Source: Ignavibacteriota bacterium (GTDB lineage: Bacteria > Bacteroidota > Ignavibacteria > UBA10030). Taken from it: 64,000 nucleotides of DNA. This document shows, piece by piece, positions 30,880 to 41,097 of this stretch. The position numbers were made by a program, and so were the translations under genes. Each line of letters starts with the position of its first letter. Position 1 is the first letter of the stretch. The notes below the pieces were generated by a model that saw only the letters and a list, made by a program, of their open reading frames with translations, had not been told where the DNA came from and ran no database searches. The DNA lies in the NCBI GenBank assembly GCA_963727825.1, contig CAVSHO010000009.1, forward strand, positions 896,001 through 960,000. Reading direction: 5' to 3'.

Positions 30880-31301
30880 CATTGCGCATTGCTTCAAGGA
30901 ACGACTTAAATGCTATATTTCAAAAGAAAAAAAAGGTGCTTGGCACTTTTAGGAAGATTACAGAACAGCTTTCCTGAAAGCGGCAATAGATAAAATAAAT
31001 GAATTGAAGCATTATTGCAATATAGTTCCATCGTCATTGTAACTCTTTGTTTCTTACTTTGCTATTCATCAATTCGTCCAAAGCCTATAAATAGGGAAAT
31101 CTTTCCAATATATAGTATTTCTGAAATTGTGACATCATACCTGCAATCATTTTTCACTCAAGATGGGAATCTATTTAAAGGCATATATATATAGTTATCT
31201 TTACATTTTGATGTAAACCATAAGACTTTTTTCCATAGCTTGATTATAGAAGGAAAAAAAACTAAAGTAATTCTAATATTTAATAATACTTAAATTATTT
31301 T

Positions 31302-32768
31302 ATGGAGAATGTTATGCAAAATTTCGATTTAACACTTAAGAATTTGAATAACCTCTTTCCAGAGAATTTCAGTGAAGAGCAAAAAGCAAAAGCAAAAACC
31401 ATTTTTTTAAAAGAACTTTCGCTTTTGTGTCATAAATTTTATAGGGGAAAAATAGCGACGATACCAAAAGCAGGAATTTACGGGTTTAACTGGTTTAATG
31501 TCTGGTACACGCCAGGTGTTTCAAAAATCTCTACTACGATTCGCGATAACAACGACACTTCGTTCGATTTGTCAAATCGTGGAAATTTAGTTGCAGTCGT
31601 TTCTGATTCAACACGTGTTCTTGGTGATGGCGATTGCACGCCCCCCGGCGGATTAGGAGTAATGGAGGGAAAAGGACTTCTTATGAAATACCTTGGCGGG
31701 GTCGATGCTGTCGCGCTTTGCATCAATTCTATCAATGCAAAAGGTGAACATGATGCAGACAAAATTATCGAATTTGTTAAAATGCTGGAGCCAAGCTTCG
31801 GAGCTGTAAACCTCGAAGATATTTCTCAGCCAAATTGTTTTAAAGTACTTGATACGCTGCGTGAGGAATGCAATATTCCCGTGTGGCATGACGATGCTCA
31901 AGGTACTGGCAGTGTGACGCTAGCAGGATTGATAAATGCCCTTCGCATTGTCGGTAAAGACATGAAAAATGTGAAGATTGTTTTCTTCGGCGCAGGAGCG
32001 TCAAATACTACGATTGCCCGATTAATATTAAAAGATGGAGCCGATCCGCATAAAGTAATCATGTTCGATACGAAGAGCGCACTTCACAAGAATCGCAAAG
32101 ATATTGAGGCAGACAAAGCATTTTATCGTAAGTGGGAGCTCTGCCAATCAACAAATCCATCGTGCATCGAAGACATCGAAACTGCTGTAACCGATGCTGA
32201 TGTTCTCATCGCTTTAAGCAAACCCGGACCCGACGTTATTAAGCGAACATGGATACAGAAAATGGCGAAGAAATCAATCGTCTTTGCTTGTGCAAATCCG
32301 GTCCCTGAAATATATCCGTACGCTGCTAAAGAAGCAGGCGCTTACATCGTTGCCACCGGACGCGGTGATTTCCCCAATCAAGTAAATAATTCGATGGGCT
32401 TTCCTGGAATTCTGAAAGGTGCCCTTATGGTACGTGCAAGAAAGATTACAGATGAAATGGCAATTATCGCAGCATATTCGATGGCAAATTTTGCGATGAA
32501 AAAGGGTCTCAATCCTGATTATATCATGCCTACTATGGAAGAAACAGAACTATTTGCTCAAGAAGCTGCTGATGTTGGCACGCAAGCTATTAAGCAGGGT
32601 GTTGCGCGAATCCAACTCAGCCATAAAGAAATTTATGATGCAACACTTTGCGATATAAAGGAGGCGCGCAGTATATTAGATTTATTGATGAAAGAAAATT
32701 TTGTAAAAAAGCCCGATATGGCATTCATTGAAAGTGCAGCGAAGAAAGCAATTGAATCGGTTATATAA
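31302..32768 (+). CDS. NAD(P)-dependent malic enzyme (short type, no PTA domain)
   Basis: YTPGVS, DSTRVLGDGD, VMEGK, NLEDISQP, WHDDAQGT, GAGA, FACANPVPEI and TGRGDFPNQVNN. Confidence 0.95.
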   Translation: MENVMQNFDLTLKNLNNLFPENFSEEQKAKAKTIFLKELSLLCHKFYRGKIATIPKAGIYGFNWFNVWYTPGVSKISTTIRDNNDTSFDLSNRGNLVAVVSDSTRVLGDGDCTPPGGLGVMEGKGLLMKYLGGVDAVALCINSINAKGEHDADKIIEFVKMLEPSFGAVNLEDISQPNCFKVLDTLREECNIPVWHDDAQGTGSVTLAGLINALRIVGKDMKNVKIVFFGAGASNTTIARLILKDGADPHKVIMFDTKSALHKNRKDIEADKAFYRKWELCQSTNPSCIEDIETAVTDADVLIALSKPGPDVIKRTWIQKMAKKSIVFACANPVPEIYPYAAKEAGAYIVATGRGDFPNQVNNSMGFPGILKGALMVRARKITDEMAIIAAYSMANFAMKKGLNPDYIMPTMEETELFAQEAADVGTQAIKQGVARIQLSHKEIYDATLCDIKEARSILDLLMKENFVKKPDMAFIESAAKKAIESVI

Positions 32769-32906
32769 GGCAGGCTAATTCATTCATAGAAAAAATAAGG
32801 CTTGTTTTACTAATAGAATAAAACCAAACCATTCATTAGAAATAAAAGAGGGGCATATGTTATTGAAATGATAGAATATGGGAAAGGTGAACGATAACCG
32901 AATTGG

Positions 32907-32996
32907 TGTAGAATCCAGTCACCGACTGGATGAAACAATGTTAACATCATTGTCCGATCTGGTGATCGCCTGCCCGACGCAGGCGGGGACTCTACA
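32907..32996. repeat. GTAG-type REP pair with nested GCCTGC...GCAGGC hairpin
   Basis: Ends TGTAGAATCC / GGACTCTACA. The right arm GTCCGATCTGGTGATC-GGACTCTACA is interrupted by GCCTGCCCGACGCAGGCGG. Confidence 0.65.
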
Positions 32997-33046
32997 AGCT
33001 AATGCATAATTTGGGATAAACGAAGCACATACAGTTCATAAAATAA

Positions 33047-33078
33047 AAGCCCGATTCCATAACCACAGAACCGGGCTT
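33047..33078. terminator. Bidirectional terminator between the malic enzyme and cyclase genes
   Basis: AAGCCCG...CGGGCTT stem with A-rich and T-rich flanks, between convergent genes. Confidence 0.65.
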
Positions 33079-33116
33079 CTTTCCTATTATTCATTTACTC
33101 GGCGGTTCAAACTTAC

Positions 33117-35321
33117 TCACTTTGTTGTCATTATAAAGACGCCGTTCCATTCAGCTGGTGGCGGGGTAATTTGATACAAGTTTGCGCGTTCTGTATACAT
33201 CTGTGCAACAAAACAAGTCTCGTCTAATGAATATGCCTGCTGCATATATGCAATCGCTTCTTCCCATTTCCTTGCACGATACAATTTTAATCCCTCGTGA
33301 TACATTTCTAATGCCTGTTTCTGGTTTTCGGTCATCTCCATGTCCGCGGTACCAAGCAGTTCGTACACCTTCACCGGTTCTGTTTTGCCTTTTACTTGAA
33401 TCAAATCAAGTTCCCTCACAATAATTTTACTCTTTACATGCATATAGGTAAAATCGCTGATCATAATATTCGACTTGTATTGTTTGTTGGCGCCCTCAAG
33501 CCGTGAAGCAAGGTTCACACTGTCGCCGATAACGGTGTAGTCAAATCTATCCCTGCCGCCCATATTTCCGACAATTACAATGCCCGTGTTGATACCCATC
33601 CGTACAGAGAGAGGAGGTTTGCCTTCCTTTATCCATTTTGGCCTCAGTACTTCCAAACGTTTCTGCATCTCCAATGCTGCAAGACATGTCCGGAGTGCGT
33701 GATCTTTTTGTGGAAGCGGTGCACCCCAGAATGCCATAATTGCGTCGCCTTCATATTTATCCAGCGTTCCTTCATACTTGAGCACAATACGCGTCATTTC
33801 ATCTAAGTATTCATTGAGTAGCCCCACCAATCCCTCAGGCTTGGCATGGTACTGTTCCGAGATAGTTGTGAAGCCAGCTATATCAGTGAAGAACACTGTC
33901 AGTTCTCGGCGATCGCCACCCAGTTTTGCTTTCTCTGGATTCGAAACCAATTCGTTCACTACAGCAGGATTAATATAATGGCCGAACATATTTTTAATAA
34001 CTGCTTTTTGCTGCCTTTCTGTTAAGTATTGATAAACAGCTGTGCCAAAATATGCGAATACAATGGCGAGACTTGGGTTAACAACGTTCATCAATACATT
34101 ATTATTGCTAAATACAATTATGGAGACTTCGAACACTGCACCAACAAAAATGATAGTGAGAAGTAAAGCCCCTATTTCTAACAACCACATATAACGAATA
34201 TGAATCTGCTTCAATGCCAACATGCCATAGAAACATATAAGTGAAATGAGGATGATACATATGTTTTCGATCAGGGGGTCAGCTGTTGTGATAAAGTTTT
34301 TGTCGATCACATTCTGGATGGCGGTGGCATGAATTTCGACACCGTTCATTGCATAATTCTTTTTTCCACCTTCTTCTTTATACAAAGGCACATTGTGAAA
34401 ATCATGCTCTTCTGGCATGACGGAACCGATAAGAACAATCTTATTCTTCAGCAACGCAATTGTGCTGGCATCGAATGCGTTAATGGGTTCACCCATCTCT
34501 ACTTCATCTTTTGTTTGGAATGTCGAGTCATCAATAACTTGTGAAAAAGGAATATAGCGGAAAGTTCCGCTTGGGCCGTAATAACTAAGCATAAAAGTGG
34601 TACCGTTGCGGGGAATGTTTCTATCCTTCAACAGAAAATATTTTTCATTACTGAAATCGACTAACGTACCAGGTTTAAGTTTGAAATATTTGTTAAGAGC
34701 AGCAAATGCAAGTGTTGGCGTGCCCCATCCCTTTATTTCCAACAAAGGCAGATATGATCGGCACACATCGTCACGATCTTTGATGATGTTTGTTGCACCG
34801 ATATTTTTATCAACGCCATAGAACAGATTATCATAAGTCGGTTCGGTGGCTCGTACCTCCGCAAATTTATTCGATTGTGTATACCCGACAGTTGTTGCAA
34901 TAACGATGTTATTGTATTTTTGAATTGTTTGGCGCAAAAGACTGTCATCCGCGGCTTTTAGGGAATCATCCATGGTAATATCAAATACAATAACGCGTGC
35001 GCCGGCTTGCTCAAGGTTATCAATGATATGTGCATAGTACGAACGAGGGAATGGAAACGGCTCGATGAGGGCTTTTCGGTCTTCATCGGATATGCCGACG
35101 ATAACAACATCACCATCTTTCTTCAAATCGCGTGTCTGTTCGGTTCGTTCATATTTACTTTGGTACCGTAAGTCAATGGTCAGCAAATCGATATTCTTGA
35201 GAAAGTTCAACTCGAAAAGCCATCCTTGTCCGATTATAATAACGAAAATACCTATCCCGATACCGATTGATAGCTTCACAAGGAGCGGTAATATTTTCTT
35301 TTTGAATTCATAGGAAGTCAT
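33117..35321 (-). CDS. CHASE2-domain class III adenylate cyclase with C-terminal TPR-like tail
   Basis: CHASE2: VVIVGI...PFPRSYYA..I..L...GARVIVFD, NKIVLIG, MNGVEIHA. Three TMs, then cyclase FTDIAGFT, LDKYEGDAIMAFWG, DYTVIGDSVNLASRLEG (Lys/Thr pair indicates ATP specificity) and VKGK. Confidence 0.95.
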   Translation of the reverse strand: MTSYEFKKKILPLLVKLSIGIGIGIFVIIIGQGWLFELNFLKNIDLLTIDLRYQSKYERTEQTRDLKKDGDVVIVGISDEDRKALIEPFPFPRSYYAHIIDNLEQAGARVIVFDITMDDSLKAADDSLLRQTIQKYNNIVIATTVGYTQSNKFAEVRATEPTYDNLFYGVDKNIGATNIIKDRDDVCRSYLPLLEIKGWGTPTLAFAALNKYFKLKPGTLVDFSNEKYFLLKDRNIPRNGTTFMLSYYGPSGTFRYIPFSQVIDDSTFQTKDEVEMGEPINAFDASTIALLKNKIVLIGSVMPEEHDFHNVPLYKEEGGKKNYAMNGVEIHATAIQNVIDKNFITTADPLIENICIILISLICFYGMLALKQIHIRYMWLLEIGALLLTIIFVGAVFEVSIIVFSNNNVLMNVVNPSLAIVFAYFGTAVYQYLTERQQKAVIKNMFGHYINPAVVNELVSNPEKAKLGGDRRELTVFFTDIAGFTTISEQYHAKPEGLVGLLNEYLDEMTRIVLKYEGTLDKYEGDAIMAFWGAPLPQKDHALRTCLAALEMQKRLEVLRPKWIKEGKPPLSVRMGINTGIVIVGNMGGRDRFDYTVIGDSVNLASRLEGANKQYKSNIMISDFTYMHVKSKIIVRELDLIQVKGKTEPVKVYELLGTADMEMTENQKQALEMYHEGLKLYRARKWEEAIAYMQQAYSLDETCFVAQMYTERANLYQITPPPAEWNGVFIMTTK

Positions 35322-35356
35322 AGTTCAGATTCCTTTTGAGGTTGACGGAAGGAATA

Positions 35357-35392
35357 TTCCCGCCGTTCTTTTATGATGGAGAGAAGCGGGAA
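35357..35392. other. Intercistronic hairpin
   Basis: TTCCCGC...GCGGGAA arms between the barrel gene and the cyclase gene. Confidence 0.45.
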
Positions 35393-35414
35393 GTAATAAT
35401 CAATTTGCAATTTA

Positions 35415-37993
35415 TTAGAAATTAAAACGATATATAATACTTGCAATAACGTCGCTATTTTTACCCGGATTTTGGATTACTTCAACCTGGCCAACAATAT
35501 AATGATTGTCTATCACTTGATAATCTATGCCGCCTTGTATCAAGAACCGTTTGAAATCGCCAAAAGAAGGCGCCAGCGTTGCCAGCACATTGAGCCGCTC
35601 ATTAAATAATCTGTATCGTGCAGTGAATGAAACTGTTTGATAATCGAACGTTTGTTTATTTGTTGTGCTAAGATATTGCTTCGTCACTGAATCTTGCATC
35701 GCAGAGTATGTAGCATTATGACTTGCAATAATAGCTACCGTTGTTTGCAATGGTATACTATAGAACGTTGTCAGTGAGGCAGCGGCAGTTAGGTTATCCT
35801 GATTGTGCAGATTAAATGTATTGTCCACTTTGTTTGCTATGGTGACGGTTGCATGTTAAAATCTGATGCGTGAGAAGATTAAAGTCATAATTTGCCGCGA
35901 AGAAGAAACGATTCGTAGTTTATCTCATACTGCACAGTTGTAATGAATCCAATTTTGTTGATGGATAGGCAGTATCTGCCGTAGTCTCCATCCATACTAT
36001 TAAAACAGTGTCTAGACGAAGCTGGATCGGATTCTTTCGTGTGTTGAACCCATAACCGACTGTCAACGTAGGCAGACTCACACCCGGATACGCACTTACT
36101 GATCCGTTAAAGGTATTGAACGTCGTTTGCGGTTGGGTATTATCATTCCCAATGTTATTCCACTTCGTTTCATACGAAAAACTTGTCATAGCTCTATTGT
36201 CAAACAATCGAATGCGATCGGAGAGATTCAAACCGGCGATATCTGTTTGAACATATTCATTCCCAAATGATGTATAATTTTTACCGCGTCGGAACGCCAG
36301 TGCCCTGATATAATTATTGAAATAGTTCAATATCAACTCGGACTCAACAGCTAACGATGGAAATCCGCTCGTAGGATCGAGCGGTGACATATTAGGATTA
36401 ACTATGATAACATTGCGTCCCAATTTTGCAAGATCAATTAAATCCTGCGCATCTTTTAATGCTTTTGCTGAATCGGCAGCTGTCGCTGTACTTGATAACC
36501 CTGACAATTTATATTGCCTAAAATCAGCATCAGAATAATTCCCGCCGGTAATATCGGTGTTATTAAGGCTGAACGCCACCTGCGTTGTCCATTTAAACTT
36601 CTGATTATCAAATGCGATCAAGAGATCTGTGCCCGCTACAAAATTATCAGCGGGATAATTACCATACTTAATAGAATTTGTGTCATCTGTGGCTTTGATT
36701 ACACTGAAACCAAGCTGAAAATTTTCGCCGCTGCCAAAACTTGGGCGGACAGCTAAGAATTTTCGGTCGTATGTTCCATCCGTATATGTTCGATATATCA
36801 ATGTATCCATACCGCTAACGCTATTATAGCCGCCGCGCCCCTGAAAAACCGTTTCTTTCGGGCGTGCTGATGCCGTAGAAGAATCAGGATAATAAACTAA
36901 TCCACCTAATGTCCCTTCAATAAAGCGTTCCGTCTGACCGTAGGAAACATCAAGGTTGAAGAAACCTAATGTAAGCGCACCGGTAACACCGCGCACACGT
37001 TTGCCACTGATCATCAGCGACGGAAACACCGGATACGCATCACCAACCTGAACTTTTGCATAATCTGCTGCCTGCACCGTAGCTAGGAACCGGTTTTGCG
37101 GCTGGCGATCGTCTGTGTTTTCATTTGTCAGGTGCATATCGTACCCAAAAGTCAGGGATTGATATGTCCCATTGAGGCGAACATCTGCGCGTTGGTAGGT
37201 AGTGTTTGTGATATCTACTTTTTCATTTCGTAATTCGAGTTGAGCGTTACCCATATATTGCAGCAGCGCTTTTCTCTTCTTCGATAGCAGCCTCCGTAGA
37301 AAGATTGAAGTCTGTTCGTTTCGTATAGTAAATCTGTCCCTTACTGTCATATATTTCAATCGTAATCGAATGTGCACCTAAATTTAGTGGTTTGTTAAAA
37401 TTCTTCGGGTTGTAGAGAATCACATCATCAGAGAGCAAAGCTTCTTTTGTTACATCGGCACCATCGAGGTAAATACGTGTTCGTTGTTTATCAACTGCAT
37501 CAGAAACAAACATTAATGATATAGCAACTGCCAAATCTTCTGCAGCTAAAGTCTCTCCCGGCTCCGGGCTAAGTATGCGAACTTCTGCATCTTTCGGATT
37601 CACGCCTTCCACTGCGATCTTAATTGGATTGACGTCAGGATTTTCGGATGGGTATGTTGCTTGTGTATTGTCTGCGAGTTGAAACCTGATATAGTACTCT
37701 ATATAAGGTGGCATAACGGCATTAGCTGGCAAAGTAGCAACGGCTGTTCGACCGGCAAGCAGCATCTCGAGTTCTTTGTATTCCGTCTCACCAAATTGAC
37801 GATAAAGGAGCAACACCCTTTGAATTTGGATATTCTGTGTCATCTCAACACTGATCGATAATGGTGTTTGTTGAGCAGCCGGTGGTACTTTAACATCAAC
37901 CACGTATTGACTCACCTGTCCAACGGTGATAGAAAAAAACAGGACGGTAAGAAGGATTGATAACAGAATTTCGTCTTGGTGGGTGCGTTTCAT
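35415..37993 (-). CDS. Predicted outer-membrane beta-barrel protein with N-terminal Ig-like domains (several +1 frameshifts)
   Basis: GAGGGG RBS and signal peptide at 37993. Fragments 37247-37993, 35920-37377 and 35415-35828 join; amphipathic beta strands and a terminal ...SIIYRFNF* beta-signal. Confidence 0.8.
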
Positions 37994-38050
37994 AGGAATC
38001 CCCTCGTTATGAACGTCTAGTAATTTTCGATGATGACCACAGGAAAACAT

Positions 38051-38081
38051 AAAACGACGGGTGTATGCTCCCACCCGTCGT
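38051..38081 (-). terminator. Intrinsic terminator or stabilising hairpin after the FecR gene
   Basis: 10-bp perfect stem ACGACGGGTG / CACCCGTCGT followed by a short T run on the minus strand. Confidence 0.65.
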
Positions 38082-38136
38082 CCAATGTATTAAAAGCAAT
38101 TATTTGATGCAAGACCTAATTGCAGCCAGGGTCAGA

Positions 38137-39825
38137 TTATTCATTCCATTTTAAGACGAGAACTTTTTTCTGTAACGACCCGGTTTGGCCCGGTATGCGA
38201 AGTTCACGCTGGATTGCCTGTACCGATGTTGTCATCGGATTGGATGAACCATCTTGCGGTATAAATACTGTTGATCCATCGTCAAATCGTAGAGATGTAT
38301 AATATTCCAACACCGGGAATCGGATCTTTTCCGCCGGAATTTGCCCTGTAGCCACTTGGCCGGATGTAGTGAGTATCAATTCCGTAAATGTAGGCTCATT
38401 CTGTTTTCGGTAAAAGAGACTGACGGCCGTGACATTTGCTTGAAGCGAAGAGAAGTCTACACTGACAGAACCGGAGCTTCTTGATTTCAAAGGACCAAAA
38501 TTTGGAACAATTCTATTCAACGGAGGAACACTTATGGACATAGGGTTCGAAGCGCCATCGCCGGGAAGCGTAACCTCTGTATTCAATGAATCTGCCAGAT
38601 TGATGACGAAATAATAGTCAAGTTCCGGCGCGCGTACATCAGTCCCCGGCACTGTTCCAGTCGCGACCTTGTTGGAAAGCGTAAGTGCAAGCGATTTGAA
38701 TGCGGCATCTCCACCACGACGGTACTTGAGTGTCACAGTATTCAGCTTTGGAGCGACCGAAGAAAGATCGAGGGTTGATTGTATATTCATAAAGGAATGG
38801 ACTGGCGAAGGACTGAACACTGGCGTCGCGGTTATCGTCACAAGTCCTCCGGGGGCAGAAGAGACTGACTTGGCAACTGTTACCGAACCAGGCGCACCAG
38901 CACCGCCCGTTGGCAGAGTAATAGTACGTGTTCCAATAGTTATTGCAAAATAATATTCCAATGCCGGACTTGCAACCGTTGCAGCGGGAATTTCGACCGA
39001 AGCAACGTTTCCATCTAACACCATTACGAGTCGAGTGAAATTGGTAGTTCCTTTCGTGCGGTAGAAGAGCTTTACACCGGCAATGACAGTATCAGTGGAA
39101 CTCAGATCCAGTTTTGCCGTTGTTGCATTGCCCACCGATGGAATTGGATCAAAACCGATTGTGCCGGAGACTACAACATTTTTAATTGTTGGACCTTGTC
39201 CGCCGCCTTCTGCTGCTCCGTTTGCAATATTATCAAGTTCTTTTTTATTTGCTTTGCGAAGATTAAGACCTCCTGAGCTGTCAGCAACTGCGGTATTTCC
39301 GGTGCTGACATGCGTGGAACGGCCGGAGATTGAATTCGTGAACTCTGCTAATCCATTAGAAATAGTAAAATAGTCTGCATTGCCGCCAGTATTATATCCA
39401 CCTTCAGTGCCGCGAATAGATGCCACAGAGATAGGGGAAGAAAAACGAAATTGTTCAGTCTCCGCCTTTTTCACATTAAAGATCATATCTCCGCGATCCA
39501 TGTAAACGCTTCGGCTGAGAATTTCTTTTCCTTGCACTTCGCCCTTGATGGTCACAATGGATTTCTCGCGGAGGATTAATTTTGACTGGTCTGCAAAAAG
39601 AATCATTGCTAAAGATCCTTTATCGGTCTGAACTTCATAACCAGATTTTAATTTGCTTAATGGTACAGCCTTTTGCCATGCTGTTGTAGGCGATTTCATA
39701 TTTACATCCCGGATAACTTTCACGATGTAAGCTGAAATATCTTTCTTGTCCGGTTGTGTTTTCTGCCCCAGTGAAATTACACCAAGGAGTACCAATACAT
39801 AGATAATAACAATCTTATTCTTCAT
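38137..39825 (-). CDS. Periplasmic FecR-domain protein with three tandem Ig-like repeats
   Basis: Signal peptide; FecR pattern VQTDKGSLAMILFADQSKLILRE...SPISVASIRGT; three repeats of V.L.YR..G...F..L.......A...IP...V..P.LEYY. Confidence 0.85.
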   Translation of the reverse strand: MKNKIVIIYVLVLLGVISLGQKTQPDKKDISAYIVKVIRDVNMKSPTTAWQKAVPLSKLKSGYEVQTDKGSLAMILFADQSKLILREKSIVTIKGEVQGKEILSRSVYMDRGDMIFNVKKAETEQFRFSSPISVASIRGTEGGYNTGGNADYFTISNGLAEFTNSISGRSTHVSTGNTAVADSSGGLNLRKANKKELDNIANGAAEGGGQGPTIKNVVVSGTIGFDPIPSVGNATTAKLDLSSTDTVIAGVKLFYRTKGTTNFTRLVMVLDGNVASVEIPAATVASPALEYYFAITIGTRTITLPTGGAGAPGSVTVAKSVSSAPGGLVTITATPVFSPSPVHSFMNIQSTLDLSSVAPKLNTVTLKYRRGGDAAFKSLALTLSNKVATGTVPGTDVRAPELDYYFVINLADSLNTEVTLPGDGASNPMSISVPPLNRIVPNFGPLKSRSSGSVSVDFSSLQANVTAVSLFYRKQNEPTFTELILTTSGQVATGQIPAEKIRFPVLEYYTSLRFDDGSTVFIPQDGSSNPMTTSVQAIQRELRIPGQTGSLQKKVLVLKWNE

Positions 39826-39843
39826 GGCTTTCTCCTTAGGCGT

Positions 39844-41006
39844 TTATTGGTTTTCAACACTAAGCTGAATCTTCAAGTCGGAACGGCTTGCAAGATCGTT
39901 TATCAGACTTTGTAGATCAGTCTGGGACAATGTGCTGCCATCAAGCGTGATGTTTCCATAGGGTGACCATGCGATCCAATTATTAGGATCTGCCCGAAGT
40001 GTCGAATAGGTAGCAGACGCGGAACCGCTGAACGCATTCAAGAAATTATCTAACATTTGTCCAATTCTGTCATCGGAGATACGGAAGACAACCGGAAGAC
40101 TTGATTGCATTACATTTCCACGATTCGTAGAAACTATCGCCTGTACCTGGAGAACATATGATTTATTCTGTGCGAGCTGACGTTGAGCATCGGAAGGATA
40201 CGTGAGTGACATTTGGCCTGTCAACTACGCACCAAACATGGATTTCCACCGGTCAGTGCATCCTGAGGAGATCGCTGCGTAGGCAACGCTTCATATACAG
40301 AAACTGTTACATTTGATTCGCTTGTCGTCCAGCTAAATGTCGGGGCAAGATTGTTAAAGAAACTTCCGTTTTTCGGATCGTTAATCTCGACAAACACTTC
40401 GTCTACAGTTGAAAATTGGACTGTGGTTGTCTTAGCGTCTTGACCTAAAACTTGAACATTGGTTGGAACACCCCTATCCGTCAATTTAATAGACGGGTAA
40501 GTAAGTACTTGCATAATAATAGTATACTTACCCGGTGGTGCAGTTGGATTCTTTGCAGCCATATCTGTTAACCGCTGACGGAGTGGTCCGTTCTCAACAT
40601 AAGTGTTCATACCGTCCCGGATATAAATATTGCCGCTGCCGCCTTTTGCGAAATTATTTGCAGCAAGCACTGGGTTTCTAAGCATATCAAAATTATTTGT
40701 GTACAAATGCATCAATTCCTGATCGGCCTCACCACTAAGTTGGACATGTAATTCAACATAAACACATACTAATAATGTGTCTGGTGCTTTACCGATTGCA
40801 GACATGCTAAGAGAGATTCCGGAAATATTCGGGTTCAATTGATTGTTTTTAATATCAACAAAATCAGTAAGATAGACGACATCGTACATCTGGAAATCTA
40901 AAGATGCTTTTACGGAATTGTTTTGAGCAAAGGCAGTCGAACAATTCAGCACAACGGCAAGAAAAACAATGCCGCTTAGTGCGATCTTATTCATAGTCCA
41001 TTTCAT
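39844..41006 (-). CDS. Secreted Ig/FN3-like hypothetical protein (split at about 40222)
   Basis: AGGAG RBS and signal peptide (…STAFA|Q). The FN3-like segment INDPKNG...PTFSWT...SLTYP...LAQNKSYVLQVQA spans the break between ORFs 40221-41042 and 39844-40224. Confidence 0.75.
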
Positions 41007-41097
41007 GGTGCGTAACTCCTTTGTATTGTTTGTTTTATGCACTCATTATAGGCGATGGAGCAATAAAATACGTTGACAACTATCACACAGGAAGGAT

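Noticed and set aside
39844-40224. Separate gene starting at TTG, or selenocysteine read-through at the TGA near 40221
   Set aside because: The downstream part is in a different frame, so read-through cannot join them, and an FN3-like domain spans the break; a one-base error is more likely.
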